This document shows positions 25,173-33,964 of a stretch of 64,000 nt of DNA, piece by piece. The number at the start of each line of letters is the position of its first letter. The first letter of the stretch is position 1. The stretch comes from Candidatus Poseidoniales archaeon (GTDB taxonomy: Archaea > Thermoplasmatota > Poseidoniia > Poseidoniales > Thalassarchaeaceae): contig DUAE01000039.1 of the NCBI GenBank assembly GCA_012960975.1, positions 13,437 to 77,436 of the forward strand, read 5' to 3'. Under the pieces are notes generated by a model. The model saw nothing but the letters and a program-made list of their open reading frames with translations. It did no database searches and was not told the origin of the DNA. The position numbers and the translations under genes are program-made.

Positions 25173-25988
25173 ATGACCGACACGCTTAGGGTGCAATCAG
25201 CTGCACTTGTTCTACTCCTTCTCATCGGATCAATCGGTGCGCCAGCTAGTGCTCAAGAAGCAGCTCAAGACCCCAAGCAGCCATCTGTAGATAATCCGCA
25301 CATGCATTTTTGGGGATCTAGTGATATCTCAAATTGCTATACTCACTTTGATGGAAATGATTCATCTGGATCTGCAGCTGAAGGCTATGGGCAGCGAGAT
25401 TTCAGCCAAGGCCAGCAAATTGAAATCGATTATACTTGCAGAATTTCAGATAATTTCAAGCAAGATATGCTTCTTAACTCAAATGGCACGATTATGTTAG
25501 AATTTGTTTTCAATATTGACTCAAATGATTGTACTGACAGTCAAGATTGTACCAATTTAACAATAACACTAAGCAAGGGCTCTCAGGCAGTTTCACAATT
25601 GATTGTTCCTGTCGAAAGCGTGAACTCTGGAAGTGATGAGTCCGTCCGCTGGGATATTCCGGTCAATGAAACGATGGAAAGATGGAATAAAAGCATTGAT
25701 GAGCCAGAAATCAATATCAAATATTCTGCCCCAGGATACAATGATATTACCTGTATTATTTTCGATTGTTCTGCTCATTTCCGGATGTACTATTCTAACA
25801 ATGAAGAAAATTTGACCGTTGAAGCAAACTTCCCTGTCGTCAACGCAACCGTCCCTGGAGGCGGTGGTGGAGATGGTGGAGCGATTGACATTGCCAAGGA
25901 TGCTCTTCCAGGATTCGGCCTACTCGCTGGAATCGGGGCACTTGCACTCGCTGCAGTTGGTGCTAGTAGATTCTCTCACGAAGACTAA
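25173..25988 (+). CDS. Secreted protein with PGF-CTERM archaeal sorting signal, function unknown
   Basis: Signal peptide LLLLIGSIGAPASAQEA. Cys- and Asn-rich ectodomain with several N-x-S/T sequons. C-terminus GGGGDGGAIDIAKDALPGFGLLAGIGALALAAVGASRFSHED has the PGF motif, a TM helix and a basic tail. Confidence 0.7.
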   Translation: MTDTLRVQSAALVLLLLIGSIGAPASAQEAAQDPKQPSVDNPHMHFWGSSDISNCYTHFDGNDSSGSAAEGYGQRDFSQGQQIEIDYTCRISDNFKQDMLLNSNGTIMLEFVFNIDSNDCTDSQDCTNLTITLSKGSQAVSQLIVPVESVNSGSDESVRWDIPVNETMERWNKSIDEPEINIKYSAPGYNDITCIIFDCSAHFRMYYSNNEENLTVEANFPVVNATVPGGGGGDGGAIDIAKDALPGFGLLAGIGALALAAVGASRFSHED

Positions 25989-26410
25989 TCTTCTTCTTTA
26001 CCCATCCACCAATCTGAAGATTCTTCAACTTCAGTATCTTCATCATTATCTGAATCATCTTTGGCGACTTGGGTAAGAGGTGTAAAACTTGACCCCGATG
26101 GTTTGAAATGTGATTTTATAGGTTTAGAGGTCCTAAGTATCATTTGGTTATCACTTGTAATGACCATCTGACCAACACCCAAAAAATGCTTTATGAATTG
26201 AGGAAGAACGGCTATTACTGCTAATGTTAGTGGCAATCCACAAGCAATCAGAGGGATTATTGTACCTTCTTGAATATACATTATATAGAACATAACATCA
26301 AAAATAGAAATTACAAAAACAATCGTAAATGTTTGTTTAATGACCTCAATTGAGGTCATTTTTTTATCACCCTTCTTCAAATTAATTTTAGAAATCTGTG
26401 CTCTCTCCAT
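25985..26410 (-). CDS. Small membrane protein (2 TM) with acidic C-terminal tail, function unknown
   Basis: 141-aa ORF. Hydrophobic segments FTIVFVISIFDVMFYIMYI and IIPLIACGLPLTLAVIAVLP. Convergent 4-nt overlap with the PGF-CTERM gene. The start could instead be Met18. Confidence 0.45.
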   Translation of the reverse strand: MERAQISKINLKKGDKKMTSIEVIKQTFTIVFVISIFDVMFYIMYIQEGTIIPLIACGLPLTLAVIAVLPQFIKHFLGVGQMVITSDNQMILRTSKPIKSHFKPSGSSFTPLTQVAKDDSDNDEDTEVEESSDWWMGKEED

Positions 26411-26422
26411 AAAATTGTCAAA

Positions 26423-27679
26423 TCAAAGAGATTCGATATCTACGTCAGTTTCTTCGCCGGTGAATAAATTCTTGATTCGGACTTTGCCTTCTTCCCATTC
26501 GTTTGGCATAACCAAAACTAATCGTTCAGCGCCAGTTCTTTCTGCGTGTTTGAATGCCCATTTCATCTTCTTTTGTTCAAGAATTAAGTCAACTGAACGC
26601 CCATTAGCGCGCAGCGCTGAAGCAACAGACATCGCTGCGCCACGAAGTTCAGTAGAATGAGCAAGAACGATGTCGTCATTTCCACTGACGAGTTCTGGAA
26701 GTAATCCTTTCTCGGTGAGTAATTCCATAATCACCATATCTCCGAAACCAAACCCGGTTGCCGGTAAATCCTTACCACCTAAAGTAGAGAGAAGTTTGTC
26801 ATAGCGACCGCCACCACAAATCGCTCGTAATTCTCCAGCACGATCGCGAACTTCGAAAACCATGCCAGTATAATATGCAAGTCCTCGAACAATCGAAGCA
26901 TCGAATTCAATCCAATCAGATATGCCATAATCCGCGGCTGCTGCGAATAGGGAAGCGAGTTCGGCAATCGCCGCACTTTCCTCTCCAAGAGCACTTCTCA
27001 ATTCATCAAAATTAGAAATTAATAGTGTTGATTGAATTGTCGAAATCGCTTCAGAACTAAGTCCGAGTTCGGTCAATTGTTCAGCGATTACATCTGCTGA
27101 CAATTTATCCATTTTATCAATTACAATACAAGTTGGAGCAAAATTTTCTCCAGAAATTCCCAGTGACCCAAGAACTTCCTCGAGCACTTTTCGGCTGCTC
27201 AATTTGATGACTAAATCATCTGGTGTCAAACCGACCGCATCGAAGAAATTTACCAAAACAGAAAGTAATTCCACATCGGCCTCAATAGATTCGGTTCCCC
27301 AAATGTCGACATTCCATTGGTAATGCTCACGACCTCGCCCACGTTGTGTTCGCTCGTATCGCCAACATTGTGGGATTGAAAACCACTTGATTGGCATTGG
27401 TAATGCACCCGCCCGCGCCATCACCATTCGAGCTAGTGATGGTGTCATCTCTGGTCGCAAAGTGACAGCTCGCCCGCCCTTATCTTCGAAATTGTACAAC
27501 TGTTGAGTAATCTCTTCTCCAGCTTTTCTCGTGTAGAGTTCTTCACTCTCGAGCACCGGTGCGTCATATTCCTCAAAACCGTGCAGACGCGTCGCGTCGA
27601 TGAAGTGGTCGAACAGCCAATTTCGCATGCGCATGTCTTCTGGATAGAAGTCACGCGTGCCACGAACGCCTTGAGTCAC
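26423..27679 (-). CDS. hisS: Histidine--tRNA ligase
   Basis: GTRDFYPEDM, LRPEMTPSLARM, QCWRYERTQRGRGREHYQWNVD and GGGRYD are class IIa HisRS motifs. Confidence 0.93.
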   Translation of the reverse strand: MTQGVRGTRDFYPEDMRMRNWLFDHFIDATRLHGFEEYDAPVLESEELYTRKAGEEITQQLYNFEDKGGRAVTLRPEMTPSLARMVMARAGALPMPIKWFSIPQCWRYERTQRGRGREHYQWNVDIWGTESIEADVELLSVLVNFFDAVGLTPDDLVIKLSSRKVLEEVLGSLGISGENFAPTCIVIDKMDKLSADVIAEQLTELGLSSEAISTIQSTLLISNFDELRSALGEESAAIAELASLFAAAADYGISDWIEFDASIVRGLAYYTGMVFEVRDRAGELRAICGGGRYDKLLSTLGGKDLPATGFGFGDMVIMELLTEKGLLPELVSGNDDIVLAHSTELRGAAMSVASALRANGRSVDLILEQKKMKWAFKHAERTGAERLVLVMPNEWEEGKVRIKNLFTGEETDVDIESL

Positions 27680-27703
27680 AGCACTCCCACGAACAAACCC
27701 ACT

Positions 27704-28183
27704 TCAAGCCCTACGGCGTTCTTTGAAGTCTTCAAGCCGTTCTTGGCGTGTTATTCTACCATCGGAAAGAGGGAAAGCATAGATTCGTAGTGCCAAGAAA
27801 GAAATGAATCCTAAAACGGTTGTATCGGCTGCCCAGACATAGTAGTGATGATAACCTAACGTGTCAGCAAAATATGATTGTGAGGCGGTTGTAATAATCA
27901 ATGATATCGAGTATATCCAGAACATTGTCATCAAGCTTTTTTTATAGTCAGAAGTTGATTCAAAAGTAAATAATTTGTGAGTAAAATGTGATTGCCAAGT
28001 ACTGAAAACAAAGGCTGGCGCCCATGCTGAACCGGAAGGATAACTTTCACTAAGATTCATCTTGTACAGATAACTGTAAATTAGAAAGAAAACTGCAACA
28101 TTAAATATTCCAACGAAACAATACATGGCATACTCTCGTAGTAACTTGGACCAAGGATATTCGTCACTTACGAGTTTAGACAT
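27704..28183 (-). CDS. GtrA-like small integral membrane protein (tentative)
   Basis: 4 predicted TM segments. The YCFVGIFNVAVFFLIYSYL start resembles GtrA family proteins. ATG 28183 avoids overlap with the upstream transporter, whereas the track start is 28246. Confidence 0.4.
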   Translation of the reverse strand: MSKLVSDEYPWSKLLREYAMYCFVGIFNVAVFFLIYSYLYKMNLSESYPSGSAWAPAFVFSTWQSHFTHKLFTFESTSDYKKSLMTMFWIYSISLIITTASQSYFADTLGYHHYYVWAADTTVLGFISFLALRIYAFPLSDGRITRQERLEDFKERRRA

Positions 28184-28202
28184 TTTGTTCACAGTTTTAC
28201 AA

Positions 28203-29990
28203 CTATTGCGTATGAAGCGTGTGAGTTTTTGTTTCACCATACTCATTTACGAATGTTTCAGGAATAGTTTCTCCTGCTTCTACTATGAATGGATCAATTC
28301 CACCGGGTAATTCCTTAATCGATACTTCCGCACCTTTTGGAACATTTCTATAAAGTGGGCGCGGTTCTAATTCCCAATTACTGGGCCAGAAAGAGCCATT
28401 TCTAGAGGTTACACGATTTATCAAGATATATTTGTTCATACTAATGAATAAACCAGCTGTAACCCCCCAGAATAAAAGAATTATCATAACCCCATCAGGA
28501 TTTGTTGGGTTCCAAGGATTGTGTTCTGCATTGAATATTAAGTCACTGAAATATGACAACATCAAAACACCGAACATTAGCGGGAATCCAAGATACATGA
28601 TATAATCCCACCAACGGCCAATCCACCAATCATTATCTCCAGTATTAATGAAATCATCACGGAATGGAGATACTCCATTATCTAGATATTCTCTGAAATT
28701 AAATCCGGTAATCTCATTTTCATCTTGCCAAGCACGGTATTGAGCCCAGCCATATTTCCAAATTGAGTAAGCGATAAACAACCCGCTGAACATTAACCCA
28801 TATCCCCAGATGTGATCTTGAACTTCTAAGAATTGAGGGAATGCAACACCTGAATCGGAGTCTACAAGAATCCATAAACCAGCACTAGGTAAACCAAACA
28901 AAAAGATTGCAAGAGTAGTGAAACCTACTGCTTTTTCGCGTTCAATACCATGATCTACGAAGTTTCTTACGCAAAGTTCGACTGTTGAAATCATTGAAGT
29001 CAAAGCAGCAAAGGAAAGTGCTAGGAAGAACATTGTAACCATTAGAAGTTGAACAACTGGACCACCGGGTGCTTGTGCGAAAACTTCTGGAAGAACTAGG
29101 AAAGTGATTGCGCTACTACCACCACTTACAGCGGCTAGAGGATCGTCACTAACTGAGAATACTGCCATCATTACAGTCAAACCTGCAATTATAGAGATAC
29201 TATTGTTTGCAAGGCACATAGTTGCAGCGTTAAGAGTAGTATCCTCGTCTTTACGCATGTATACGGAATAAGTAATTGCCATACCCATACCTGCAGAACA
29301 AGACCAAGCAGATTGAGAGAGTCCATTTATCCAAGTTTCAGGTTGACTAAGGTATCCTGGTTGAATGCTAAACATGTAAACAAATCCATCTAATGAACCA
29401 TCATCTAAGTCCATAACAAATGAAAGGAATAGTGCTGCGAATAAAAGAATGAAAAGAGAAACCATCAATGTAACATTGACTTTCTCAATTGCCTTGGCTC
29501 CCTTCCAAATTGCAGCCATTGTAATTACAACTGCAATTAATTGAAAGAATACTACTTGATGCCAATTTTGTAAGAAATCATTCCATACCTGAACTGTGTC
29601 TACTTCAGAACCCAAACCACCACGTATCGCAGTTTGGAAATAATTGATACACCATCCTGTAACAACTGCATAATAGAAACCAATTGCTGTAGAAATCCAA
29701 GCGGTCCAAAGACCCATCCAAGCAAATTTTTTTCCTGCGAATATACGGAAAGTACCGACTGTACCAGTACGGCTTCTTTTACCCAATGCGAATTCAGCAA
29801 TGATTAGAGGTATAGACCATAAGAATAGGAAAATTAACCAAGGCACAAGGAAGGAACCGCCCCCATTTGCACCAACCATTCGTGGGAAACGCCAAATGTT
29901 CCCTGTACCAATAGCAGCACCGATAGTAGCGAAAATTAATCCTAACCTTCCACTGAACTCATCCGAAGTTGGTTCATCTTTGGATTGCAT
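28203..29990 (-). CDS. Sodium-dependent neurotransmitter/amino-acid symporter family (NSS/SNF) transporter
   Basis: The N-terminal signature GLIFATIGAAIGTGNIWRFPRMVGANGGGSFLVPWLIFLFLWSIPLIIAEFALGK is diagnostic of NSS. About 12 TM segments. The start ATG overlaps the TGA of the M14 gene (TGATG). Confidence 0.88.
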   Translation of the reverse strand: MQSKDEPTSDEFSGRLGLIFATIGAAIGTGNIWRFPRMVGANGGGSFLVPWLIFLFLWSIPLIIAEFALGKRSRTGTVGTFRIFAGKKFAWMGLWTAWISTAIGFYYAVVTGWCINYFQTAIRGGLGSEVDTVQVWNDFLQNWHQVVFFQLIAVVITMAAIWKGAKAIEKVNVTLMVSLFILLFAALFLSFVMDLDDGSLDGFVYMFSIQPGYLSQPETWINGLSQSAWSCSAGMGMAITYSVYMRKDEDTTLNAATMCLANNSISIIAGLTVMMAVFSVSDDPLAAVSGGSSAITFLVLPEVFAQAPGGPVVQLLMVTMFFLALSFAALTSMISTVELCVRNFVDHGIEREKAVGFTTLAIFLFGLPSAGLWILVDSDSGVAFPQFLEVQDHIWGYGLMFSGLFIAYSIWKYGWAQYRAWQDENEITGFNFREYLDNGVSPFRDDFINTGDNDWWIGRWWDYIMYLGFPLMFGVLMLSYFSDLIFNAEHNPWNPTNPDGVMIILLFWGVTAGLFISMNKYILINRVTSRNGSFWPSNWELEPRPLYRNVPKGAEVSIKELPGGIDPFIVEAGETIPETFVNEYGETKTHTLHTQ

Positions 29991-32164
29991 CAGGAATCCC
30001 CCTTAGTACGCATTTCTGCAGGTAAACCAAGGGCATCACGATCATCATTAAACATCTCTTTCAGAGTATACCCAAGACCACCCCAAACCATTGTGGCGAT
30101 GAAGGCGAACATCATCAGAGACAAAATCGTCGAGCCGAAACCAGCCCGATAAGGAATAGATATTTCATAGTAATTTCCACCTTCCTCAAGAGTAGGATAT
30201 GTGAATGGGAATGCTCCATTTGTAGTTCCCAACATCGCCTTGTAGTGGATTTTACCGACAGATGTATCCGGAACAGGAATGCCTGCTTCGACGATCGTTC
30301 CATTGCTTCCATCCAACAAAATGCAAGTGGCAGCCGATTCAACAAAGGCTGATTTTTCCCATTCAACCGCAATCCATTCGGTCGGACCAAAGTCATCTTG
30401 TTGGCGTGTTGGCTCGACCAATCGCCACATCAAATGTGTGCGATTAATGTCTGTTGTAAAGGGGAAAGTAGTATCCAAACAAAGCCCAATTGGAATATCA
30501 CCATTCTTTGGAACGTGGATTTCGTCCGGCGAAGCTAACCATTGGGAGCTGGTTGTATTTTCAATACCGACAATAGCGCGATAGCGCGGGTCATCAGCGA
30601 TTTCAATCATATAGAACGGGACTCCGAGGTTTCGAACAGCAGTATGAGCGATGTCCTCGGGATATTCGTGGAAGGCATTACCAATCTCAATAGTGTAGCA
30701 ATAGGAATTGTGAACGCCATAATGCCAATCACAGAAATCTCCAGTTGTTGGGTAAAGGTCTGAAGATTGCATTGGAGCATAATTTGTCATATCGCCCATT
30801 ACTTGACCGTGGTATACGAGGTATTCATCATCTGGAGAATAACAATTTGTGCAGTGCCCCCAAGGCCACAATACTAGTTCAGAGAAAGAGTGCCAAGTCA
30901 ATGAAACCTTGAATTCGGAAGCTCCATCGCCATCATCGTCATTCATTTCTGTTAAATCTTGAATGAATTTTGTTTCGGGTTCAGAATTACCACCCATCCA
31001 ATCTTCATCGATGAGTCCGTCAGCATCATCGTCCTTGCCGTCGACGTGATCTTCGTTCAATTTACCATCTTCATCCTGATCGACGGTATCAACTGGCCCA
31101 TTGTAGACATCATTATTCGGCCCGCTAGCATAACACATTCCAGGAAACAATGGGCCGGTTGCGCCGAGTGGGGCACCCCACTCGAATTGGAAATTTCGAT
31201 TTAGATCAACACCGTCACATCCCTCATCGACCTCTTCATCGACATCCGGAATAGGTGTGACTCCAGTGACGGTGTTGTCACGCAAATTCTTGCGCCATCC
31301 GCTGGTTCGGCAATTCTCCCAAGCGGATTCGCCACAGTATTCTTCTCGGTCATACCGATTGCCATCAACATTCAACATTGGTATGATGTAGATTTCACGA
31401 GTGTTAATCATATCGGTAATGAATTGCTCTGAGAAATCTTCGTCAACGCCGAGGTCGCCTGGACCACAAGCAACTCCGTCTCCATTACTATCTTGGTTTG
31501 AAGAGTTTAGACTAAGACAGTCTCCGTCATTATCAATACCGTCCCAGCCATCTTCATCGACCAAGCCATCACCATCATTGTCGACTCCGGCCATGCCGTA
31601 ATAGTAAACAACGGTCTCGATGAACATCATCGGAACTTCGTAAGACATCCACTCCCGTGCATGATGATTTCCGACTAACATGACATCTGGGCGGTCTGCG
31701 TAATTTCCACAATCACCAACGTAAACGTTACACTCACCTCCTGCTACATCACCTGTAATCTTCAACCAAGGACTTGCATGATTGTAAAACCAACCTTCGT
31801 AATCATCAATTCCCATCTGATTGCCACGAGCGTTGACTCCGCCGACCAAACCTTCGTGGAAAGAAATGAATTCTGAGTTTCGGTCGGCAAGGGTTTGCAT
31901 TCTCTCCTTCATGGAAAAGTAATCATGATATTCTCGAAATTGCAGTTTATCATTGCCATACCATGGAAATACCTGATTCAGATAATCATCAGACCAGATA
32001 TCTTCTGGTGACACTTCATTGTCTGCTTCTTGGGCATTGGCTGGACCGATTAGAGCAATCGGTGCAAATATCGACAATAATAGCGGTAATAGTAGTGCAA
32101 TCGCTGGCACTCTACGAGGGTTAGAAATCAATCTAAATTCAGAACTGTAGTTGCTGGACGCCAT
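29990..32164 (-). CDS. Secreted, membrane-anchored zinc carboxypeptidase (M14 family) with Asp-rich calcium-binding-type repeats
   Basis: Signal peptide AIALLLPLLLSIFAPIALIGPANA. M14 zinc motif VGNHHAREWMSYE (HxxE), then MLNVDGNRYD. DxDxDG-type repeats (DNDGDGLVDEDGWDGIDNDGD, DQDEDGKLNEDHVDGKDDDADGLIDED). C-terminal TM ILSLMMFAFIATMVWGGLGY. Confidence 0.82.
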   Translation of the reverse strand: MASSNYSSEFRLISNPRRVPAIALLLPLLLSIFAPIALIGPANAQEADNEVSPEDIWSDDYLNQVFPWYGNDKLQFREYHDYFSMKERMQTLADRNSEFISFHEGLVGGVNARGNQMGIDDYEGWFYNHASPWLKITGDVAGGECNVYVGDCGNYADRPDVMLVGNHHAREWMSYEVPMMFIETVVYYYGMAGVDNDGDGLVDEDGWDGIDNDGDCLSLNSSNQDSNGDGVACGPGDLGVDEDFSEQFITDMINTREIYIIPMLNVDGNRYDREEYCGESAWENCRTSGWRKNLRDNTVTGVTPIPDVDEEVDEGCDGVDLNRNFQFEWGAPLGATGPLFPGMCYASGPNNDVYNGPVDTVDQDEDGKLNEDHVDGKDDDADGLIDEDWMGGNSEPETKFIQDLTEMNDDDGDGASEFKVSLTWHSFSELVLWPWGHCTNCYSPDDEYLVYHGQVMGDMTNYAPMQSSDLYPTTGDFCDWHYGVHNSYCYTIEIGNAFHEYPEDIAHTAVRNLGVPFYMIEIADDPRYRAIVGIENTTSSQWLASPDEIHVPKNGDIPIGLCLDTTFPFTTDINRTHLMWRLVEPTRQQDDFGPTEWIAVEWEKSAFVESAATCILLDGSNGTIVEAGIPVPDTSVGKIHYKAMLGTTNGAFPFTYPTLEEGGNYYEISIPYRAGFGSTILSLMMFAFIATMVWGGLGYTLKEMFNDDRDALGLPAEMRTKGDS

Positions 32165-32265
32165 GTTAACACTCTATCGAACTGTCAGGAGGTCTTGAAA
32201 GCCTCGCTTTTCCGGTCCGCAGGACCGTAGACGGTTTGATAAGGGGCTCTTTGGGCGATAGGCCT

Positions 32266-33339
32266 ATGGAGAAACTCAACGAGTTCATGAATGGAGAGGA
32301 AATATTACTCGGTTTTTCGAGTGGGACTTTAATCATATTTTTGGCCACAGCATTGATTAGCATCTCGATTGGAATGTTTGCTAGTAAGCTAGTTTTCCCA
32401 ATTGTGATGAATCTATTTTCGAAAACCGAAAGAATCGATGGCGGGACATTAATCGCACCGAATTCACTAGGGTGGATGATTGGTGCTTATGCATATAGTG
32501 AATCGATGAATTATATATTATTGAATCTTGACCCGGTTTGGGATACGTCTCTTGTCGAAACCATCACCGCATATGTTTACGCTGGTTTCGTCATTCTAAT
32601 GCTAATCGCAGCTTATCGTCTCGTCGACTACCTCGATGCTTTCATCGTTGTCGAGGGCGAAGATATGGCTAGTCGACGCTCGCTTGCGAGTGTCGCAGAA
32701 TCAGTCGGCCGAGTAATAGTCGTAGTCCTTGGTGCATTCGTATTGGCAGGATTGGCAGGAGTGCCACTCGCCCCAATCATCACCGGTTTGGGTATCACTG
32801 GATTAGCTCTAGCATTGGCAGCTAAGGATTCAGTCGCCAATATTTTCGGAGCAATTTCAATTCTAATTGATCAACCATTCAACATTGGTGACTGGATTAT
32901 TGTTAAGGGAGTCGAAGGTGAAGTAGTCAATATTGGTCTGAGAACGACACTAGTGCGCACATCGGCTGATACGATGGTTACAGTACCGAATGCGCGATTG
33001 GTTAATTCGCCAGTAGAAAATTTCAGTAAGCGAAGATTCCGAAGAATTAAACCTAAATTTGCCTTTGAAGAAGATAGTAAACCAGAGACTCTAAGACAAT
33101 TTTGTGATAAACTTTTGATCGCCACGAATGAGGATGCACGCTCTATGAAAGAGGGAGATTCTTGGGTTAAAATCCAATCATATGGTACAGCAATCGTAAC
33201 AGTAGGTGGAAATTTCTACTGTATCTCCTCTGGATCGATTCAGCGAGAATTGACAGAAGACATCTTGATAATGGCTCGAAAAATTGCAGCAGAGCTAGGA
33301 CTCAAATTCCATGAACCTCGTGTCCGCAGTAACCTTTGA
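32266..33339 (+). CDS. mscS: Small-conductance mechanosensitive channel (MscS family)
   Basis: AAKDSVANIFGAISILIDQPFNIGDWIIVKGVEGEVVNIGLRTTLVRTSADTMVTVPNARL is the MscS pore-helix/beta-domain signature. The first ATG is 32266; the track start 32236 is a TTG. Confidence 0.88.
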   Translation: MEKLNEFMNGEEILLGFSSGTLIIFLATALISISIGMFASKLVFPIVMNLFSKTERIDGGTLIAPNSLGWMIGAYAYSESMNYILLNLDPVWDTSLVETITAYVYAGFVILMLIAAYRLVDYLDAFIVVEGEDMASRRSLASVAESVGRVIVVVLGAFVLAGLAGVPLAPIITGLGITGLALALAAKDSVANIFGAISILIDQPFNIGDWIIVKGVEGEVVNIGLRTTLVRTSADTMVTVPNARLVNSPVENFSKRRFRRIKPKFAFEEDSKPETLRQFCDKLLIATNEDARSMKEGDSWVKIQSYGTAIVTVGGNFYCISSGSIQRELTEDILIMARKIAAELGLKFHEPRVRSNL

Positions 33340-33950
33340 GCGTGAATAGATTGGCAAGATTAGTCCTCATCAGACATGGGCAATCCGTCTGGAATGCTGA
33401 GAATCGATTCACCGGCTGGACCGATGTTGAACTATCTGAAAAAGGTGAGAAAGAAGCTGCTGAAGCAGGCGAGCAATTGGCTGATTTTGCCTTCGACATT
33501 ATCCATACTAGCGCTCTTGTTCGCGCTCAGCGAACCGCCGTAATTATCATGCAACACAACCGTGCTTCAGGAAAAATTCCAACACGCGAGGATCAGCGGT
33601 TGAACGAGAGGCATTATGGGGCTCTTCAAGGATTGAATAAAGCTGAAACCTCTGAAAAACATGGCGCTGAACAAGTCCACATCTGGCGCCGCTCTTTTGA
33701 TGTTGCACCGCCAGAAGGAGAGAGTTTGGAAATGACGGCGGCGCGAACCATTCCTTATTTCACAGACGAAATTTTAAACGATTTAAAATCGGGAAAAAAT
33801 GTTCTATGTGCAGCGCATGGAAATTCTCTGAGATCGATAGTGATGCATATAGAGAACCAATCTCCTGATGAAATTGTAAAATTGGAAATTCCAACCGGAG
33901 TCCCGAGAATTTACGAATATGATTCTGGAAAATTCCAGCGAATCAATTGA
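33336..33950 (+). CDS. gpmA: 2,3-bisphosphoglycerate-dependent phosphoglycerate mutase (histidine phosphatase family)
   Basis: LVLIRHGQSVWNAENRFTGWTDVELSEKG, ERHYGALQGLNK and AAHGNSLRS motifs. The start is ambiguous (TTG 33336, GTG 33342 or TTG 33351) and there is no ATG before the RHG motif. Confidence 0.85.
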   Translation: MSVNRLARLVLIRHGQSVWNAENRFTGWTDVELSEKGEKEAAEAGEQLADFAFDIIHTSALVRAQRTAVIIMQHNRASGKIPTREDQRLNERHYGALQGLNKAETSEKHGAEQVHIWRRSFDVAPPEGESLEMTAARTIPYFTDEILNDLKSGKNVLCAAHGNSLRSIVMHIENQSPDEIVKLEIPTGVPRIYEYDSGKFQRIN

Positions 33951-33964
33951 TTCCTCGAAAATAA

